A stretch of 43,804 nucleotides of DNA from Synechococcus sp. (lineage in GTDB: Bacteria; Cyanobacteriota; Cyanobacteriia; Thermostichales; PCC-7336): contig JBFRWD010000098.1 of the NCBI GenBank assembly GCA_051439425.1, positions 1 to 43,804 of the forward strand, in the 5' to 3' direction. This document shows, in pieces, positions 41,638 to 43,804 of the stretch. Position 1 is the stretch's first letter. Every line of letters starts with the position of its first letter. Made by a program: the position numbers and the translations under genes. The notes under the pieces were generated by a model that worked only from the letters and a program-made list of their open reading frames with translations, searched no databases and was not told the origin of the DNA.

Positions 41638-42422
41638 TGTGTAGCGATTGCGGCTGTAGCGATGTCAAATCTGTAGAGCTGGAGGGGACAACGATCGCGC
41701 TGGAATCCCCCGACCGTTCCCCTCGCACCCTCGACATTCACCAGCGTTTGCTGTCGAAGAACGATCGCTTTGCCCAACACAACCGCGATCGCCTGCAATC
41801 GTTGGGGTTGCTATCCCTAAACATCATGTCGTCACCTGGTTCCGGGAAGACGGCTTTGATTGAACGGACTGCCGAGATGTTGGCCCGAGAGGGCAAGCGG
41901 GTGGGGGCGATTGTAGGAGATTTGGCGACGGAGAACGATGCGCGGCGGTTGAGGGCGGCGGGGGCAGAGGCGGTGCAGATTACGACGGGGACGGCTTGCC
42001 ATTTGGAGGCGGAGGCGATCGGTCATGCGATGGATCGTTTGCCTCTGGAGACGCTGGATGTGTTGGCGATCGAGAATGTGGGGAACTTAGTTTGTCCGGC
42101 GGCTTACGACTTGGGGGAATCGCTGCGGGTGGTGCTGCTATCGGTGACGGAGGGGGAGGATAAGCCGTTGAAGTATCCGACGGCGTTTGAGGCGGCGGAT
42201 GTGGTGGTGCTAACAAAGGTGGATATTGCGGAGGCGCTGGGGTTCGAACGGGAAGAGGCCCTGGGGAATATTCGGCGGATGGCTCCACAGGCAGAGGTAA
42301 TTGAAGTTTCGGCGCGATCGGGGGGGGGGATGGATGAGTGGGTTGCCTATTTGCAAAGCAATAAGTCGAGCAGCAAGGATTCAAGCTTGACTGAACTATC
42401 ACTGACAAGGGACAGGCATTGA
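41637..42422 (+). CDS. hypB: Hydrogenase nickel incorporation GTPase HypB
   Basis: N-terminal CSDCGC, SSPGSGKT, TGTACHL, ENVGNLVCPA, EGEDKPLKYP. Confidence 0.95.
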   Translation: MCSDCGCSDVKSVELEGTTIALESPDRSPRTLDIHQRLLSKNDRFAQHNRDRLQSLGLLSLNIMSSPGSGKTALIERTAEMLAREGKRVGAIVGDLATENDARRLRAAGAEAVQITTGTACHLEAEAIGHAMDRLPLETLDVLAIENVGNLVCPAAYDLGESLRVVLLSVTEGEDKPLKYPTAFEAADVVVLTKVDIAEALGFEREEALGNIRRMAPQAEVIEVSARSGGGMDEWVAYLQSNKSSSKDSSLTELSLTRDRH

Positions 42423-42470
42423 AATCAGATAAAGAGAAGATTTTTCGGTGAAATGCGGGTAACACGCACG

Positions 42471-42499
42471 TGCATTGCTCACTCAATGCAAGAATTTTT
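42471..42499 (+). terminator. Possible terminator after hypB
   Basis: TGCATTG-ctcact-CAATGCA hairpin followed by AGAATTTTT. Confidence 0.35.
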
Positions 42500-42600
42500 A
42501 GGTGGCTGGGCGATCGCTTGTTTGGTTCAATCCGACTAATGTCTTGTTTCGGTATGCTATCCGGGCAAAACGCTAGTTTCAGGCCGAAGAAAAACCGGAA

Positions 42601-42749
42601 GTTTCCGCCTAAACACCCATTTCGAGGATATTATCCGGAAAACCCTTTCTATTAGACACCTGATTTGAGGTGTTATGCGAAATGTTTCCTCCTAATCCAA
42701 CCATAGAGGCTTATTCGGCGGCATAAGTCCGTCTAATCAATAGTTAGCC
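42601..42749. repeat. About 3.5 degenerate ~42-bp palindromic repeats ending in a GTTAG core (attI-like / recombinase-site array)
   Basis: Left arms at ~42602, 42646, 42685, 42727 (TTCCGCCTAA, TTCTATTAGA, TTCCTCCTAA, GTCCGTCTAA); GAGG at 42624, 42667, 42706; right arms TTATCCGGAA (42631), TTATGCGAAA (42673), TTATTCGGCG (42711). Confidence 0.6.
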
Positions 42750-43684
42750 ATCCAATATCGATGACAGATATCGCATCAACTTCGCCCCGGCCGTTCTGCT
42801 TTGTGCTTATGCCGTTCAGCACGGACTTCGACGACATCTATCAAATTGGCATCAAGGAAGCATGTGACGCCGCAGGCGCCTATTGCGAGCGCGTTGATGA
42901 ACAGATTTTCCACGAATCGATTCTCGAGCGTGTGTACAATCAAATCGCCAAGGCCGATTTGTTGATCGCGGACATGACTGGTCGGAATCCGAATGTATTT
43001 TACGAAGTCGGTTACGCACACGCTTTGTCGAAGCGAACGATTCTGCTCACACAAAACGCGGATGACATTCCGTTCGATTTGAAACACTTCCCCCATATCG
43101 TGTATGGCAATCGTCTGGTGGCACTTCGTGGCGACTTGAAGACTCGCATCGAATACTTCATCAAAAACCCGGTCGAGAAAATCAGCGGCAGCACGATTGA
43201 CATCGATCTGTTTTCGGGCAAACAAAACCTGTCAGCTGGCAATGCTGTCGGGCAGTTTCTGGCGAGCGAAGTCCCGAACGTAAAGATCACAGTGCATAAT
43301 GCGTCCGCCGAGACATTTTCACCCGGTGACTTCAAAATTGGTGCAATAACTGACAGCGATTTTCCAAAATTCCATGGCAAGAGCGTCCGCACGACGCCGA
43401 TGCCGGATGGCCATTTCCTTCACATGCTGCCCGATTTTGAACCCCTGTTTCCGAACGCGTTTGCCTCCTTTCATTTCATCCTGGAGCATAGCCATAACTC
43501 GCAATTCCTCGCGGAGATCGAGATCGATGTGACATTCCGTGTCTTTACGGCGTTAGGGACACGAGACTATCCAATCACTCTACGCAAGGTGAAAAGATAT
43601 TACTAACAATTTCGTGAACCGGAACGGCGAATCAGGGCGAAATAGAATGGAAAGCTTAACGTCGCCGCCCGGTTACGCTAGGCG
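42744..43684 (+). mobile_element. Integron gene cassette (single promoterless ORF plus attC)
   Basis: Starts at G|TTAGCC (42743-42749), 18 nt before the ATG; ends at G|TTAGGT (43684-43690); the ORF stop lies inside the attC R'' box, whose CTAAC complements the 5' GTTAG. Confidence 0.8.
42761..43606 (+). CDS. Nucleoside 2-deoxyribosyltransferase/TIR-like domain protein with unknown C-terminal domain
   Basis: CFVLMPFS...DDIY, RVDE, I.KADLLIADMTGRNPNVFYEVGYAHAL.K.TILL, DIPFDL in the N-terminal ~135 aa; the C-terminal ~140 aa look beta-rich and were not recognised. Confidence 0.75.
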   Translation: MTDIASTSPRPFCFVLMPFSTDFDDIYQIGIKEACDAAGAYCERVDEQIFHESILERVYNQIAKADLLIADMTGRNPNVFYEVGYAHALSKRTILLTQNADDIPFDLKHFPHIVYGNRLVALRGDLKTRIEYFIKNPVEKISGSTIDIDLFSGKQNLSAGNAVGQFLASEVPNVKITVHNASAETFSPGDFKIGAITDSDFPKFHGKSVRTTPMPDGHFLHMLPDFEPLFPNAFASFHFILEHSHNSQFLAEIEIDVTFRVFTALGTRDYPITLRKVKRYY

Positions 43685-43690
43685 TTAGGT
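43601..43690 (+). other. attC recombination site (90 bp)
   Basis: R'' TACTAAC (43601-07), 5-nt spacer, L'' CGTGAACC (43613-20); L' GGTTACG (43671-77), 6-nt spacer, R' GTTAGGT (43684-90). Stem CGT[G]AACCGG[A]ACGGCGA pairs with TCGCCGCCCGGTTACG, leaving two extrahelical bases on the left arm. Confidence 0.85.
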
Positions 43691-43804
43691 TTCTGCTGTC
43701 CTCAAGATGAAATTGGGGGCGCTAGCCTGCAATCTCGATAAGACTCTGACGTATTTCTTGATGCCTGCACATAGCATTTTCCTTGGAGTGAATGCATCTG
43801 CAAC

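Larger units (their letters stand above)
606..42517. repeat. HIP1 octamer GCGATCGC dispersed at high density
   Basis: Dozens of copies, e.g. 606-613, 1111-1118, 14455-14462, 18769-18776, 35926-35933, 35935-35942, 42510-42517; a hallmark of many cyanobacterial genomes. Confidence 0.95.

Noticed and set aside
41980..42486. 168-aa proline-rich ORF on the minus strand
   Set aside because: Shadow of the G-rich hypB coding strand; low-complexity artefact.
42656..42683. Complete dif/pdif site (TTATGCGAAAT is the reverse complement of ATTTCGCATAA)
   Set aside because: Only one arm matches; the sequence across a 6-bp spacer (ACACCTGATTT) is not a Xer arm. Treated as part of the repeat array.
42601..42749. 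CRISPR array
   Set aside because: Units are highly degenerate and abut each other without unique spacers; no cas genes in the window.
494..43504. Numerous overlapping or antisense ORFs in the six-frame track, and N-terminal extensions of PRTase, USP, hoxE, hoxU, hoxY, hypA and the pentapeptide protein
   Set aside because: They overlap well-supported genes, lack motifs, or extend beyond starts supported by RBS and family N-termini.
1..43804. tRNA, rRNA, prophage or integrase genes
   Set aside because: No cloverleaf or rRNA-like segments, phage structural genes or tyrosine/serine recombinase ORFs were recognised by eye.

Overview
Chromosomal window from a HIP1 (GCGATCGC)-rich cyanobacterium. 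Core genes (ppx, mgdE-type epimerase, crr7, cysteine desulfurase, Ca2+/H+ antiporter, 2-Cys peroxiredoxin, tatC, aat, PAM68, rpsO, lipB) alternate with accessory blocks marked by decayed IS6- and IS4-like relics. These blocks are a secreted GH9 glucanase with two FAD oxidoreductases, an AT-rich HIP1-free PAP2/ArnT envelope islet, and an IS6-flanked orphan gene. The right third holds a contiguous bidirectional hydrogenase locus (hoxEFUYH-hoxW-hypAB), divergent from a USP / flavin reductase-like / M20 peptidase / DUF1611-type / adenosine-specific kinase / PRTase cluster. A stray, about 92% identical copy of the hoxE-hoxF spacer and hoxF start lies 6.8 kb upstream. The most striking signal is at the right end: a well-formed integron gene cassette (GTTAG core, NDT/TIR-like candidate defence gene, 90-bp attC). 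It is docked immediately after an array of ~42-bp degenerate palindromic repeats that resemble tyrosine-recombinase binding sites, and no integrase gene is present in the window. This may be a stand-alone cassette landing pad. All calls are by-eye motif recognition; no searches were run.
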